From: an uncultured Eggerthellaceae bacterium
GTDB taxonomy: Bacteria > Actinomycetota > Coriobacteriia > Coriobacteriales > Eggerthellaceae
Direction of reading: 5' to 3'
Assembly (NCBI GenBank): GCA_947626195.1
Contig: CANQRF010000007.1
Coordinates: 15,948 to 79,947 of the forward strand
Length of the DNA stretch: 64,000 nucleotides
Of this stretch, positions 55,747 through 64,000 are shown piece by piece. Position numbers and translations under genes: made by a program. The notes under the pieces were generated by a model. It did not search any database and was not told the origin of the DNA. It saw nothing but the letters and a program-made list of their open reading frames with translations. Each line of letters starts with the position of its first letter. Position 1 is the stretch's first letter.

Positions 55747-57288
55747 ATGGTTTTTTCAAGTTCAACATTCCTTCTCGTCTTCCTTCCCATCGTCCTTTTC
55801 CTCTATTTCGTCATTCCTCCGCGATGGGCGAAGAACATTCTCCTTTTGATGGTGTCGCTTGTGTTTTATGCCTGGGGCGAGCCGGTCTACGTGCTTCTCA
55901 TGATCGTCTCGATCGCCTTCAACTGGCTGTTCGCCGTGCTCATCCATCGCTCGGAACGTCACCGGAAGCTCTATCTCGTCCTCGCCGTGGCGGCGAACCT
56001 TTCCATCCTCGGCTTCTATAAGTATGAGAGCTTCCTCGCCTCCATCGTGAACGACCTTCTCGGTGCGCCGGTGGTGCCCGATCTCTCGCTTCCGCTTCCC
56101 ATCGGCATCTCGTTCTATACCCTGCAGGCGCTCTCATACGTGATCGACGTGTATCGCAAGACGACGCCCTATCAGAGAAACCCGTTCTACCTGGGAATGT
56201 ACATAGCACTCTTCCCCCAGCTGATCGCCGGCCCTATCGTGCGCTATTCAACGATCCAGGACCAGATAGAGCATCGGAGGGAAACGCTTGAGAAGTTCGT
56301 CTCGGGCTTTCGGCTCTTCGCCATCGGGCTTGCGAAGAAGGTGCTGCTCGCCAACGTTGTGGCGATCCTCGCAACGAAGATGCTGGAGCTGGGCGGTGCG
56401 CAGATCGGCGCCATCGGCGCATGGGCCGGGCTGATCGCGTTCACGTTCCAGATCTTCTTCGATTTCTCGGGCTATTCGGATATGGCGATCGGCCTGGGCA
56501 AGATGTTCGGCTTCGAATATCTGCGCAACTTCAACTATCCCTATATCTCGAAGTCGGTCACGGAATTTTGGCGGCGCTGGCACATCTCGCTGTCGTCGTT
56601 TTTCCGCGACTACCTCTATATCCCGCTGGGAGGCAACCGCGTCTCGCGGTCGCGCTGGGTCTTCAACCTTATGGTCGTGTGGTTCCTCACCGGTTTTTGG
56701 CATGGCGCGGCATGGAACTACATCTTTTGGGGCCTGTACTACGGCGCGATATTGATCGTCGAAAAGCTCTGGCTTGGCCGTGCGCTCGATCGCTTGCCCG
56801 CCGTCGTCGGGCATCTTTACACCATCGTCGTCTTCCTGTTCGGCTGGTACTTCTTCTGGATTGAGGACGTTGGAATGCTCGCTGAGTACGGGAAGGCCCT
56901 TCTTGGGTGCTATGGGGCAAGCGGCACCCTCTCGCTGTTCGAGCTCACCGCCTGGGAATATTGGCCCGTTTTCGTCGTGTGCGCACTCGCATCCACCCCG
57001 CTTGTCCCCTATCTGAGGTTCGCCCTCTTCAACTGGGTGACCCAAGAGCATAGGGGCGGCTTCCTCGCAAACGACATCGCAAACGCCAAATACCTTGAGG
57101 TCGCCGAGCTGTGCAATCCCACACCATGGCTTGAGCGCGCCGAAAGCTCCGGTGCCAGCCAAAAGCGCCTCATCGTGTTCCGTTGCGTGTATTTCCTCGC
57201 CGACATCGCCTGCCTTGCGCTTGTTCTGCTGTCGGTGTTTTCCGTGGTATCCGGTTCGTTCAATCCGTTCATCTATTTTCGCTTTTAA
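55747..57288 (+). CDS. MBOAT-family membrane O-acyltransferase (AlgI/PatA/DltB-like), copy 1
   Basis: Start reassigned to ATG 55747 (MVFSSSTFLLVFLP...). FYAWGEPVY, FDFSGYSDMAIGLGKMFGF, EFWRRWHISLS and the catalytic His context FLTGFWHGAAWNY. Confidence 0.85.
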   Translation: MVFSSSTFLLVFLPIVLFLYFVIPPRWAKNILLLMVSLVFYAWGEPVYVLLMIVSIAFNWLFAVLIHRSERHRKLYLVLAVAANLSILGFYKYESFLASIVNDLLGAPVVPDLSLPLPIGISFYTLQALSYVIDVYRKTTPYQRNPFYLGMYIALFPQLIAGPIVRYSTIQDQIEHRRETLEKFVSGFRLFAIGLAKKVLLANVVAILATKMLELGGAQIGAIGAWAGLIAFTFQIFFDFSGYSDMAIGLGKMFGFEYLRNFNYPYISKSVTEFWRRWHISLSSFFRDYLYIPLGGNRVSRSRWVFNLMVVWFLTGFWHGAAWNYIFWGLYYGAILIVEKLWLGRALDRLPAVVGHLYTIVVFLFGWYFFWIEDVGMLAEYGKALLGCYGASGTLSLFELTAWEYWPVFVVCALASTPLVPYLRFALFNWVTQEHRGGFLANDIANAKYLEVAELCNPTPWLERAESSGASQKRLIVFRCVYFLADIACLALVLLSVFSVVSGSFNPFIYFRF

Positions 57289-57303
57289 GGAGGGGTGGCA
57301 CTG

Positions 57304-58542
57304 ATGCAGAAAATCAACCGTGTGTTCAACGTATTGGTCGTGGTCTTGTTCTGCGCGATCATCGGAGCCGTCGTCCTCACGAAAGCGCCGGACCTCGTTA
57401 TGGAGAAGATCACCGGCACGTCGCATCTCAAAGCCGCTTCGCAACTTGAAGGGCGCAGCTACGCGACAGCGCCGGTGCCAGGTCTGGGCAAGGTGGCGAG
57501 CGGCGCATTCCAAAACCAGTTCGAGCAATATGTTTCGGATCTTTTCCCCGAAAAGGACCTCGCCCTTCTGACGAACGCCGCCCTTCAGCGGGATTGCATC
57601 GCCATGGCGAACCTCCCCTTCGGCTTCCCCGCCTATCCGAGCGCATTCGGATCGGAGCGCATCGTCATCCCGTCTGCCAACGCGATCACCTATATGCCGA
57701 GCAAGGTGACCGATGCCACCTTCGAGAAAGAGGACGCCTTCGCCGAAGCGGCGCGCTCCTTCGCGGAAGAGCATCCCGAGGTCGAATTCGTGTTCTATGT
57801 GGTCGGCGGATACGAAAGCCCGGCGGTCAACCCGGTGTACAGCCTCGTTTCAGATCCGCTCACCCCGCAAGCGCTCACCGAAAGCCTCGCTGAAGACATG
57901 GCAGGCGTTTCCAATGCGCTCGTTGCCTCGGTGGCATACGATTCCCTCGATAGTTATTACGAAGAGTTCTTCCGCACCGATCACCACTGGAACATCAAGG
58001 GAGCGATCAGCGCCTACAACGAGATCGCCCAGATGACCGGCGAAGACCTCATCGCTGTGAGCGACTACGAGGCGATCGAAGGCCCCGAATTCAGCGGGGC
58101 GACCGCCCGCTGGGGGCTCGATACCCTCTCCGAGCCCGTTTTCGACAGCACGCTGGACTATTCGGCGATCGAGGTGTACAAAGATGGTGAGCTGATCGGA
58201 CCCTACGAGCACGATACATACTGGGAGGCGACCCCCGAAGCACAGCACTACGGGTTCTACGAGCTCTATTACGGCGGAAGGCAGTATGACAAGCTCGTCA
58301 ATCCATCGCGCGAAGGCACCGTTCTTGTGGTTGCCAATTCGTATGTGGAAGCGATCGCACCACTGTTTGCACTGAATAACGGCGAGGTGTACGTGACACG
58401 CGAGATGCACTCCGCGAACAAAGACGATTCCCGACTGCAGGATTATTTGGAGGATATGAAGCCGGACCAGGTGGTTTTCGTGGGGCAGCCCGGAGCCTAC
58501 CTCGATTTCCTCGTGAACCATCCGAATTATTTCGAAGAGTGA
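57304..58542 (+). CDS. DHHW-family protein (AlgX/AlgJ/PatB-like extracytoplasmic acyltransferase partner), copy 1
   Basis: N-terminal TM (VFNVLVVVLFCAIIGAVVL) and the eponymous motif FFRTDHHWNIKGA. It lies immediately downstream of the MBOAT gene. The start is either GTG 57295 or ATG 57304. Confidence 0.8.
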   Translation: MQKINRVFNVLVVVLFCAIIGAVVLTKAPDLVMEKITGTSHLKAASQLEGRSYATAPVPGLGKVASGAFQNQFEQYVSDLFPEKDLALLTNAALQRDCIAMANLPFGFPAYPSAFGSERIVIPSANAITYMPSKVTDATFEKEDAFAEAARSFAEEHPEVEFVFYVVGGYESPAVNPVYSLVSDPLTPQALTESLAEDMAGVSNALVASVAYDSLDSYYEEFFRTDHHWNIKGAISAYNEIAQMTGEDLIAVSDYEAIEGPEFSGATARWGLDTLSEPVFDSTLDYSAIEVYKDGELIGPYEHDTYWEATPEAQHYGFYELYYGGRQYDKLVNPSREGTVLVVANSYVEAIAPLFALNNGEVYVTREMHSANKDDSRLQDYLEDMKPDQVVFVGQPGAYLDFLVNHPNYFEE

Positions 58543-58884
58543 GGATGAGCTGAGCTCTTCGCTTTCCATGACGCTTCGTCCTCTGCAACCGTTCGGTCGA
58601 TCAGCTCTTCGACCGAGCTCTTGATGCCGAAGAGCGTTCGCTGCGACCTCACGCAGCTCGGCTGCTCGCCCGCCGCATCGCTGAGCAGATAGCGCTTGAT
58701 GAGTTCCCAGCGACGCTCTTCCGCAGTCTGCATCTCGAATCGCATCCTTACCGTTCACATTGCTTATTGCCCACATTGCTTATTGTTCAGGTTGCATGGT
58801 TTGAGCACAACGATAGACAACACAGGCGCTCCATGCAAGTGCGCCTGCGCTCCGCCCCTTCAGCCTTCGGCAAGCTCTGTCGAG

Positions 58885-59184
58885 CTATTTCTTTTCGGAA
58901 GCGTAGAAGGTCGCGCTGTCGAAAAGGTCTTTCACAGAACGGTCGATGCCATTGATCGGAAGCTCTAAGAACTCGCTTACCGTGGGAACCAACGGGCTAC
59001 AGTCAACGTAATGACCTTTCTCGTTGATTTGCGAGGTGTCCTGAACGCGCCAGTAACGGTCGTTGACGTCGGTGAGATAGTAGGAAGCTCCGTCGACGTC
59101 CATGTAAACCGAGTGGTTGGCATGCAGATACATCGGCAAATCGTCGTAAGAAATGTCGAGCGCCTCTGTGGCCTTCATTCCCAT
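58885..59184 (-). CDS. Hypothetical 99-aa protein at the end of the minus-strand acyltransferase operon
   Basis: AAAGGAG lies 5 nt upstream of ATG 59184 (MGMKATEALDISYDDLPMYLH...). No TM or signal peptide. No family recognised. Confidence 0.4.
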   Translation of the reverse strand: MGMKATEALDISYDDLPMYLHANHSVYMDVDGASYYLTDVNDRYWRVQDTSQINEKGHYVDCSPLVPTVSEFLELPINGIDRSVKDLFDSATFYASEKK

Positions 59185-59253
59185 AGCAACTCCTTTCGCC
59201 TCGTTTAACCCTCTTGTCGTCATCATACCAGAGAGCGCCATGCACCTGAGCCG

Positions 59254-60732
59254 TTATTGTGGAACTTCCCCACCTTGTTCATCATTGTCAGCCGGCGCAT
59301 AGGCGGCATCGACCATCGACGCAAGCGATGTGTCCTCGGCAAACGTCGTCGCATTGTAGAGGAAGAGCACCTGCGTCACCTTCTCGCTTTTCATGAGCGT
59401 CGCGATGTCGTCGAAGTAATAGCGTGGATCGACGACGACCACCTTCGAATATTCCTCAGCCATAAACGGCACGAAGCAGTTGGCATACGAATCCTTTATC
59501 ACGAGCAGGACCTCATGGTTGTCCGCAAGCGTCTCGATGCGCACCACCGGATGATTGCCGCCCATGAACACTTGATATTTATCTTTTTGATTGAGCGCCT
59601 CCACGTTATAGGGCGACGATTCGATGCGTTGCTCATCGACGTAGGTGACGAGGTAGTTGTGCTCGCTGTCTGCGGAGCCGTCAATTGAATCGTCAGCAGC
59701 ACCCTCCCACGAAGGCAGATACACCTCAATCTGGTCGGATGGCGCGAAGAAGTAGCCGCTCTTCGATTTCAGCGTGCCGTCGAAATCGTCCGCAACCTCC
59801 AAAGCCTCGAAGGGCGTGACGTCGGGGTTCAGCCCCATGACTTCGCAGGCTTGGCGAAATGCCAGATAGGCGCCATAGGTGGTCCAATGATGGTCGCTCT
59901 GGTAATAGAGGCCCTCGTCCTTGTGCTCGGCGAACGTTTCCCGCACATCAATCACCCGCGCGCCCGCATCGGCAAGCCGCGCGTCCACCTCGTCAAGATA
60001 GGCGTTCTGATCGTCGGGCACCGCGGTGACGGGCAGCTTGTCGGCAAGCACGCTCACCGCCGTCGGCGCGATGAGCGCATAGGTGGGCAAGTCGGGGTTC
60101 GCGCGAACGAATTCCACGATGGCGTCGGTGGCGGTTTCGTGCTGGGGCCTCTGGAAATCCTGAATGAGATAGCCGTCGCTTCCCAGATAGACGCCGTTGG
60201 AATCGATGCCCCCGACAGCCGTGGAGATAACCGCCTGCATTCCCGCCCAGAGGTCGCGAAAGGGGAACTGGTCGTCGATGTAGGTTTGGAAGCTCTCTTG
60301 GAAACGCCCGTTGAGAATGGTCTGGGCCGTCGGCGTCGGGAAGCCCTGAAGCGAGCGGTTCTCGCTTTCCGAAAACGTCCGGTCGGGCATCACGATCGAG
60401 AGAACGACCACCACCGCGATAATGCCGATGAAGATGCGCGCGAAAATCGAAAGGTGCGCACCGTCACCGGCAACCAGCCGCAGCGCCTTCCTCCTCTGCG
60501 CGCTCATCTGCCTTGGACGGGGGGCGCTTCCATTCGGCTGCATTGGCTGCGCCGGTTGCTGCGTCGGTCGCGTAGGCTGCTGCGCCGGTTGCGACGCTTG
60601 CTGCGACGCTTGCGTCGGCTGCGCAGATTGCCCCACCTGCACGGGTTGCCCCGCCTGAGCTGGTTGCGACGCTCCTTGCTCCGCCGGCATCGGCGCAGGC
60701 ATCTTTTCCAGTATGTCTGAATGACGTGCCAT
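59254..60732 (-). CDS. DHHW-family protein, copy 2, with Q/P-rich cytoplasmic tail
   Basis: A Q/P/A-rich N-terminal tail of about 95 aa, a TM (IFARIFIGIIAVVVVLSIVM) and the motif YYQSDHHWTTYGAY. Confidence 0.8.
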   Translation of the reverse strand: MARHSDILEKMPAPMPAEQGASQPAQAGQPVQVGQSAQPTQASQQASQPAQQPTRPTQQPAQPMQPNGSAPRPRQMSAQRRKALRLVAGDGAHLSIFARIFIGIIAVVVVLSIVMPDRTFSESENRSLQGFPTPTAQTILNGRFQESFQTYIDDQFPFRDLWAGMQAVISTAVGGIDSNGVYLGSDGYLIQDFQRPQHETATDAIVEFVRANPDLPTYALIAPTAVSVLADKLPVTAVPDDQNAYLDEVDARLADAGARVIDVRETFAEHKDEGLYYQSDHHWTTYGAYLAFRQACEVMGLNPDVTPFEALEVADDFDGTLKSKSGYFFAPSDQIEVYLPSWEGAADDSIDGSADSEHNYLVTYVDEQRIESSPYNVEALNQKDKYQVFMGGNHPVVRIETLADNHEVLLVIKDSYANCFVPFMAEEYSKVVVVDPRYYFDDIATLMKSEKVTQVLFLYNATTFAEDTSLASMVDAAYAPADNDEQGGEVPQ

Positions 60733-60734
60733 CG

Positions 60735-62117
60735 TTAGAACCTAAAGTAGAGGAACGGATTATACGAGTCGAACACCAAAAACGACAGGCACACGACGAA
60801 AAGCACGACGAGCGCTGCGGTCGTGAGCGCAGGATGCGCCATCTGCTTCCTCGTGAACCAGCGCCACGGGTTCGGACGCGAGCAGATCGCCCCGACGATC
60901 AACGGCACCGCGGCGAGGCGGACAAAGTAGAGCGCATGCGCATTCGCAAACTCCACGCCGATGCCGAACATGCCGCCCAGATAGCCGAGCGCCGCTCCGA
61001 GGTCGGGCTGGCTGAAGATCACCCAGCTGACGATCACGATGAAGAGCGTGTAGAGCGAGCAGACGACGGAAGGCAGTTTCTCGAGAACACGGGCGAGCAC
61101 GTATTTCTCGACCACCAGCAGCACGCCGAAATAGAAGCCCCACGCGAGGAAGTTCCACGCCGCCCCGTGCCAGAAGCCCGTCAGCGTCCACACCACCAAG
61201 ATGTTGAACACATGGCGCGGCACGCTCACACGGTTGCCGCCAAGCGGAATGTAGACGTAGTCGCGGAACCACGAGGAGAGCGACATGTGCCAGCGCCGCC
61301 AAAATTCCGTGATCGATTTCGAGATGTAGGGGTAATTGAAGTTCTCTTGGAACTGGAAGCCGAACATGCGCCCGAGGCCGATCGCCATGTCGGAGTAGCC
61401 GCTGAAGTCGAAGTATATCTGCAGGGTGTAGGCGAGGATGCCGATCCAAAGCGCCACAACCGATGCCTCGCCTTCGCCAAGCGCGCAGACCGACACATAC
61501 ACCGCTCCCAGCGTGTTCGCCAACAGCACCTTCTTCGCGAGCCCCACCACGAAGCGTTGGACGCCGAGCGAGAAATCCACCCGCGTGATGCGCTTGTTGC
61601 GCAGCTGCTGCGCGATGTCGTGGTATTTCACGATCGGGCCGGCGATGAGCTGCGGGAACATCGCGATGTAGAGCGAGAAGTCGATGATGTTGCGGTTCGG
61701 CTCCACCTCGCCGCGGTAGACGTCGATCAGATACGACATCGCCTGGAAGGTGAAGAACGAGATGCCGATCGGAAGCGGCAGATCGTGATACGGGATATGG
61801 ATGCCGAAGATGTCGTTGATCGAGCCGAGGAAGAAGCCCCAGTATTTGAAGAAGCCGAGCATGAAGATGTTGACAACGAGCGCGAAGATGAGCTTCGGCT
61901 TCGCGTGGCGCTCGTCAGCGGCGATGTCGAGTCCGCTCACGTAGTTGAATACGCAGCTGAAGAGCATGAGGAACACATACACCGGCTCGCCCCACGCATA
62001 GAAGAGGATGCTGAAGAGCAGCAGGATGACGTTTTGCGCCCGCGCCGGCACGAGGAAATACACGATGAGCGTGCACGGCAAAAAGACGAAGAGGAAGAGG
62101 AGGCTACTGAATACCAT
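60735..62117 (-). CDS. MBOAT-family membrane O-acyltransferase, copy 2
   Basis: Start set at ATG 62117 (MVFSSLLFLFVFLP...). FYAWGEPVY, FDFSGYSDMAIGLGRMFGF, EFWRRWHMSLS and LTGFWHGAAWNF. Confidence 0.85.
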   Translation of the reverse strand: MVFSSLLFLFVFLPCTLIVYFLVPARAQNVILLLFSILFYAWGEPVYVFLMLFSCVFNYVSGLDIAADERHAKPKLIFALVVNIFMLGFFKYWGFFLGSINDIFGIHIPYHDLPLPIGISFFTFQAMSYLIDVYRGEVEPNRNIIDFSLYIAMFPQLIAGPIVKYHDIAQQLRNKRITRVDFSLGVQRFVVGLAKKVLLANTLGAVYVSVCALGEGEASVVALWIGILAYTLQIYFDFSGYSDMAIGLGRMFGFQFQENFNYPYISKSITEFWRRWHMSLSSWFRDYVYIPLGGNRVSVPRHVFNILVVWTLTGFWHGAAWNFLAWGFYFGVLLVVEKYVLARVLEKLPSVVCSLYTLFIVIVSWVIFSQPDLGAALGYLGGMFGIGVEFANAHALYFVRLAAVPLIVGAICSRPNPWRWFTRKQMAHPALTTAALVVLFVVCLSFLVFDSYNPFLYFRF

Positions 62118-62568
62118 TGAACACCCTGTCCCATTCGTCAGCCGCATCGCCGACGCCGTACACATAATAGATCCCGCGCGCATCCGAGATGTGATCGGCG
62201 AGCTTCGCCGCCTCTTCCGGCGCATAGTCACCGAAGAGCGTCGTCTGATCGTTCACGCGGTTCTCGACACATTCCTCAATAGCGGCGAGCGCCTGCTCGT
62301 CCTTCGCGCGGATGATGAGCAGCTCGTCGGCGCTCATCGGGTTCGCCGCCTTCCAATAGGCGGCTTCCTCGTACATCTCGGGCGTGATCCCCAGATAGCG
62401 CTCGAGCTGGCGCGCATTCTGCAGATCGAGCCCATCGAGCAGGCCCGATTCGGTATAGGCCGCCTCCACCTCTTGGAAGGAAACGGCAGGTGACGCATTG
62501 GAATGGTAAACGACGACGATAAAGGCGATCAGCACCACCACAAGCACATAGCGGACAATCCTCAGCAT
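62104..62568 (-). CDS. DUF4358-like membrane-anchored protein
   Basis: 154 aa with an N-terminal TM (YVLVVVLIAFIVVVY). The block ADELLIIRAKDEQALAAIEECVENR...FGDYAPEEAAKLADHISDARGIYYVYGV resembles DUF4358, a family commonly adjacent to MBOAT/DHHW genes. Confidence 0.55.
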   Translation of the reverse strand: MLRIVRYVLVVVLIAFIVVVYHSNASPAVSFQEVEAAYTESGLLDGLDLQNARQLERYLGITPEMYEEAAYWKAANPMSADELLIIRAKDEQALAAIEECVENRVNDQTTLFGDYAPEEAAKLADHISDARGIYYVYGVGDAADEWDRVFNGIQ

Positions 62569-62594
62569 AGAACAGCCCTCACCCTTGCCGATCC

Positions 62595-63428
62595 TTACCG
62601 ATACATCGCATCCGCTATCGCGAAAAGATACGGATGGTAGAAATCCATTTGGAAATGGATGCCGTCGGGTTCCAGCAAATCCATGTGCTCGAGAGCGACA
62701 GCCGCCGTGTCGATATAGGCAACGCCGCTATCTTCCTCGCAGAAGGCGCGTAACGCATCGTTATACGCCGACCATGCCGCGAGGGCGGGCTTTTCCGCCG
62801 AGGCTGCCTCCGACGAAGGGAGCGCTGACGTGACGAAGATCTCTGCCTGCGGCATCTTCTCGCGAACCTGAGCGATAACGGAGCGCAGGCTTTCGGTATA
62901 TGCCTGCGGATCGCCTCCGTTCAATATCATATCGTTTTCTCCAAACGAAAGGACGACGCGCTGCGGATGGAGATTGCTGGCAGTATCGACAAGCGGCCCA
63001 GCGGAATAGAGGCTTATGCCGATCTCCGAAACCACGTGATCAGACGATAGCAGCCCATAGTCATCGATTGCCTGCGTCCGCGAATCCCCGATAAGCACCG
63101 TGCCGTCGAAAAGCTCGTTCGCCTCCTCGAACGAGAGCGCTCCATCGCTTTGTGCCTGCTCGAGGATCGTCAGCTTATCGGCGGCGCGCTTCGCCTCAAG
63201 CTCCGCCTGGATCGTGTCGACCGGCGTGTCGGCATATGCCGCCAAGCGATCGCGGTTTTGGGTGATCTGGGATTGCGCCGTGCAAGATGGGACGATAAAG
63301 GCGAAGAGGACAACAAGGAGCACCGCTGCGGCAACAGCGATCAGCACCGCGGAAGGTCGCTTCCGCGGTGTGGCATAGTTGCCCACATGTGCTTGATTCA
63401 CCTGCACTTTTCCTCCCCCATTTGGCAT
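62595..63428 (-). CDS. SGNH/GDSL-family hydrolase (membrane-anchored)
   Basis: N-terminal TM (VLIAVAAAVLLVVLFAFIV). SGNH blocks GDS (VLIGDSRT), GxND (SFGENDM) and DxxH (PDGIHF). Confidence 0.75.
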   Translation of the reverse strand: MPNGGGKVQVNQAHVGNYATPRKRPSAVLIAVAAAVLLVVLFAFIVPSCTAQSQITQNRDRLAAYADTPVDTIQAELEAKRAADKLTILEQAQSDGALSFEEANELFDGTVLIGDSRTQAIDDYGLLSSDHVVSEIGISLYSAGPLVDTASNLHPQRVVLSFGENDMILNGGDPQAYTESLRSVIAQVREKMPQAEIFVTSALPSSEAASAEKPALAAWSAYNDALRAFCEEDSGVAYIDTAAVALEHMDLLEPDGIHFQMDFYHPYLFAIADAMYR

Positions 63429-63740
63429 AAATCACGCTTGGTATAAACCACGCATCAATCGGCAAAATGATATGCCCAAACCGAAAGAAAGTGAAGGAAA
63501 GCACGCGAATACCAACAAAATTGCGTGTGCGCGAGAGCTCCTGTGGCCTCTGTGGTCCCCTGTGGTTCCCGTGATATGCACGGTGCGCGTGCGATCACAA
63601 CCAAAAGCAGCTGTGATGAGCTCACAAGAAAAACGCGTGTGCGTTTATGCCCTTTCGGGTGCGCTTTTGGGTGCCCGCGCTATAATGCGGCACTATGACG
63701 AGCATGTGAGGTATACCATCTTATAGTACAGGGGGTTTCA

Positions 63741-64000
63741 ATGCTCAGCACCAACCTTGACAAGATCGTCAGCGAGATAGAGAAGAACTACGAAGCGGAC
63801 GAGATCTTCTTCACGAAACCGTGCCGGCGCTTTCCGAACCGCGAGGCGCTCATTCGGGTGATCAAGGAGATCCGACGCCTCTTCTTCCCCGGCTACTTCG
63901 GAACCGAATCGCTTTCCGGCCAGGCAAGCCCGCGCTATTTCATCGGCGAGCGCCTGATCGAGATCGAGCGCACCCTTCACGCGCAGCTGATCGACGCCTT
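63741..64000 (+). CDS. cysE: Serine O-acetyltransferase (partial, N-terminus only)
   Basis: Not in the ORF track (open at the window end). ATG 63741 gives MLSTNLDKIVSEIEKNYEADEIFFTKPCRRFPNREALIRVIKEIRRLFFPGYFG..., which resembles the N-terminal helical domain of Gram-positive CysE. Confidence 0.55.
   Translation, partial: MLSTNLDKIVSEIEKNYEADEIFFTKPCRRFPNREALIRVIKEIRRLFFPGYFGTESLSGQASPRYFIGERLIEIERTLHAQLIDA

Noticed and set aside
58527-58745. 72-aa minus-strand ORF in the convergent gap between the two acyltransferase systems (MRFEMQTAEERRWELIKRYLL...).
   Set aside because: It overlaps the 3' end of the DHHW copy 1 gene and has no recognisable family or convincing RBS. It cannot be distinguished from a chance ORF in GC-rich DNA.

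Overview
This is a chromosomal window from a high-GC Gram-positive bacterium. Synteny (rpsA-coaE-uvrB, metG-tatD-rsmA-veg), sortase/LCP genes, a T-box leader, a multi-TM LuxR regulator and NrfA suggest an actinobacterial, Coriobacteriia/Eggerthellaceae-like anaerobe; this is inference only. All composition and identity statements are by eye, since nothing could be computed or searched.

The window falls into four blocks.

(1) 1-13.9 kb is a visibly AT-rich cell-surface polysaccharide locus, entirely on the minus strand. It holds GT2/GT4 glycosyltransferases, a Wzy-like polymerase, GalE and two tandem initiating phosphoglycosyl transferases. It also holds a complete GDP-D-glycero-D-manno-heptose route plus two SDR enzymes, so a 6-deoxyheptose sugar is predicted. 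The route has two GmhA, two HddA-type GHMP kinases and two GmhB, one of which is fused to the only HddC-type nucleotidyltransferase.

(2) 14.4-18.3 kb carries envelope genes in host-like composition: a Wzz-type protein without a kinase, an SPQTG-anchored surface protein, a class B sortase and an LCP ligase.

(3) 18.4-24.1 kb is an accessory islet and the most unusual part of the window.
- It holds a DUF234-type AAA ATPase with a nuclease-like tail.
- It holds a frameshifted DUF1016/YhcG nuclease gene bracketed by about 80-bp inverted repeats, each with four GGTACC-centred sites phased at 22-23 bp.
- It holds a frameshifted AlbA_2/HATPase_c_4/wHTH gene bracketed by arrays of a palindromic TTATGCGCATAA-type site repeated at exactly 20 bp (4 units upstream, 9 downstream).
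- A roughly 250-bp imperfect direct repeat closes off the DUF1016 and AlbA_2 genes (copy A lies just downstream of the ATPase gene). Each copy carries a small basic-tailed membrane-peptide ORF and a hairpin whose stem is conserved.
- No recombinase or transposase is visible anywhere in the window.

(4) 24.1-64 kb is mostly core genes.
- Transport and envelope: a T-box-controlled ECF transporter with a TrpP-type S component, a NodB deacetylase, a large pyruvyl-transferase protein coupled to a GT2, and an anion permease.
- Housekeeping: recN, uvrB, coaE, rpsA, metG, tatD, a flavodoxin-like gene, rsmA, veg, tRNA-Ala(CGC) and the start of cysE.
- Isolated or accessory genes: an orphan HipA/CtkA-like kinase, a lone lipoprotein-type NrfA, a MocR regulator, an MFS/amidohydrolase/membrane-LuxR module containing an MFS gene remnant, and a small TA-like pair.
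- Two convergent paralogous MBOAT + DHHW O-acyltransferase systems, one of which is extended by DUF4358 and SGNH genes.

Many long ORFs in the supplied track are antisense artefacts of high GC and were not called.
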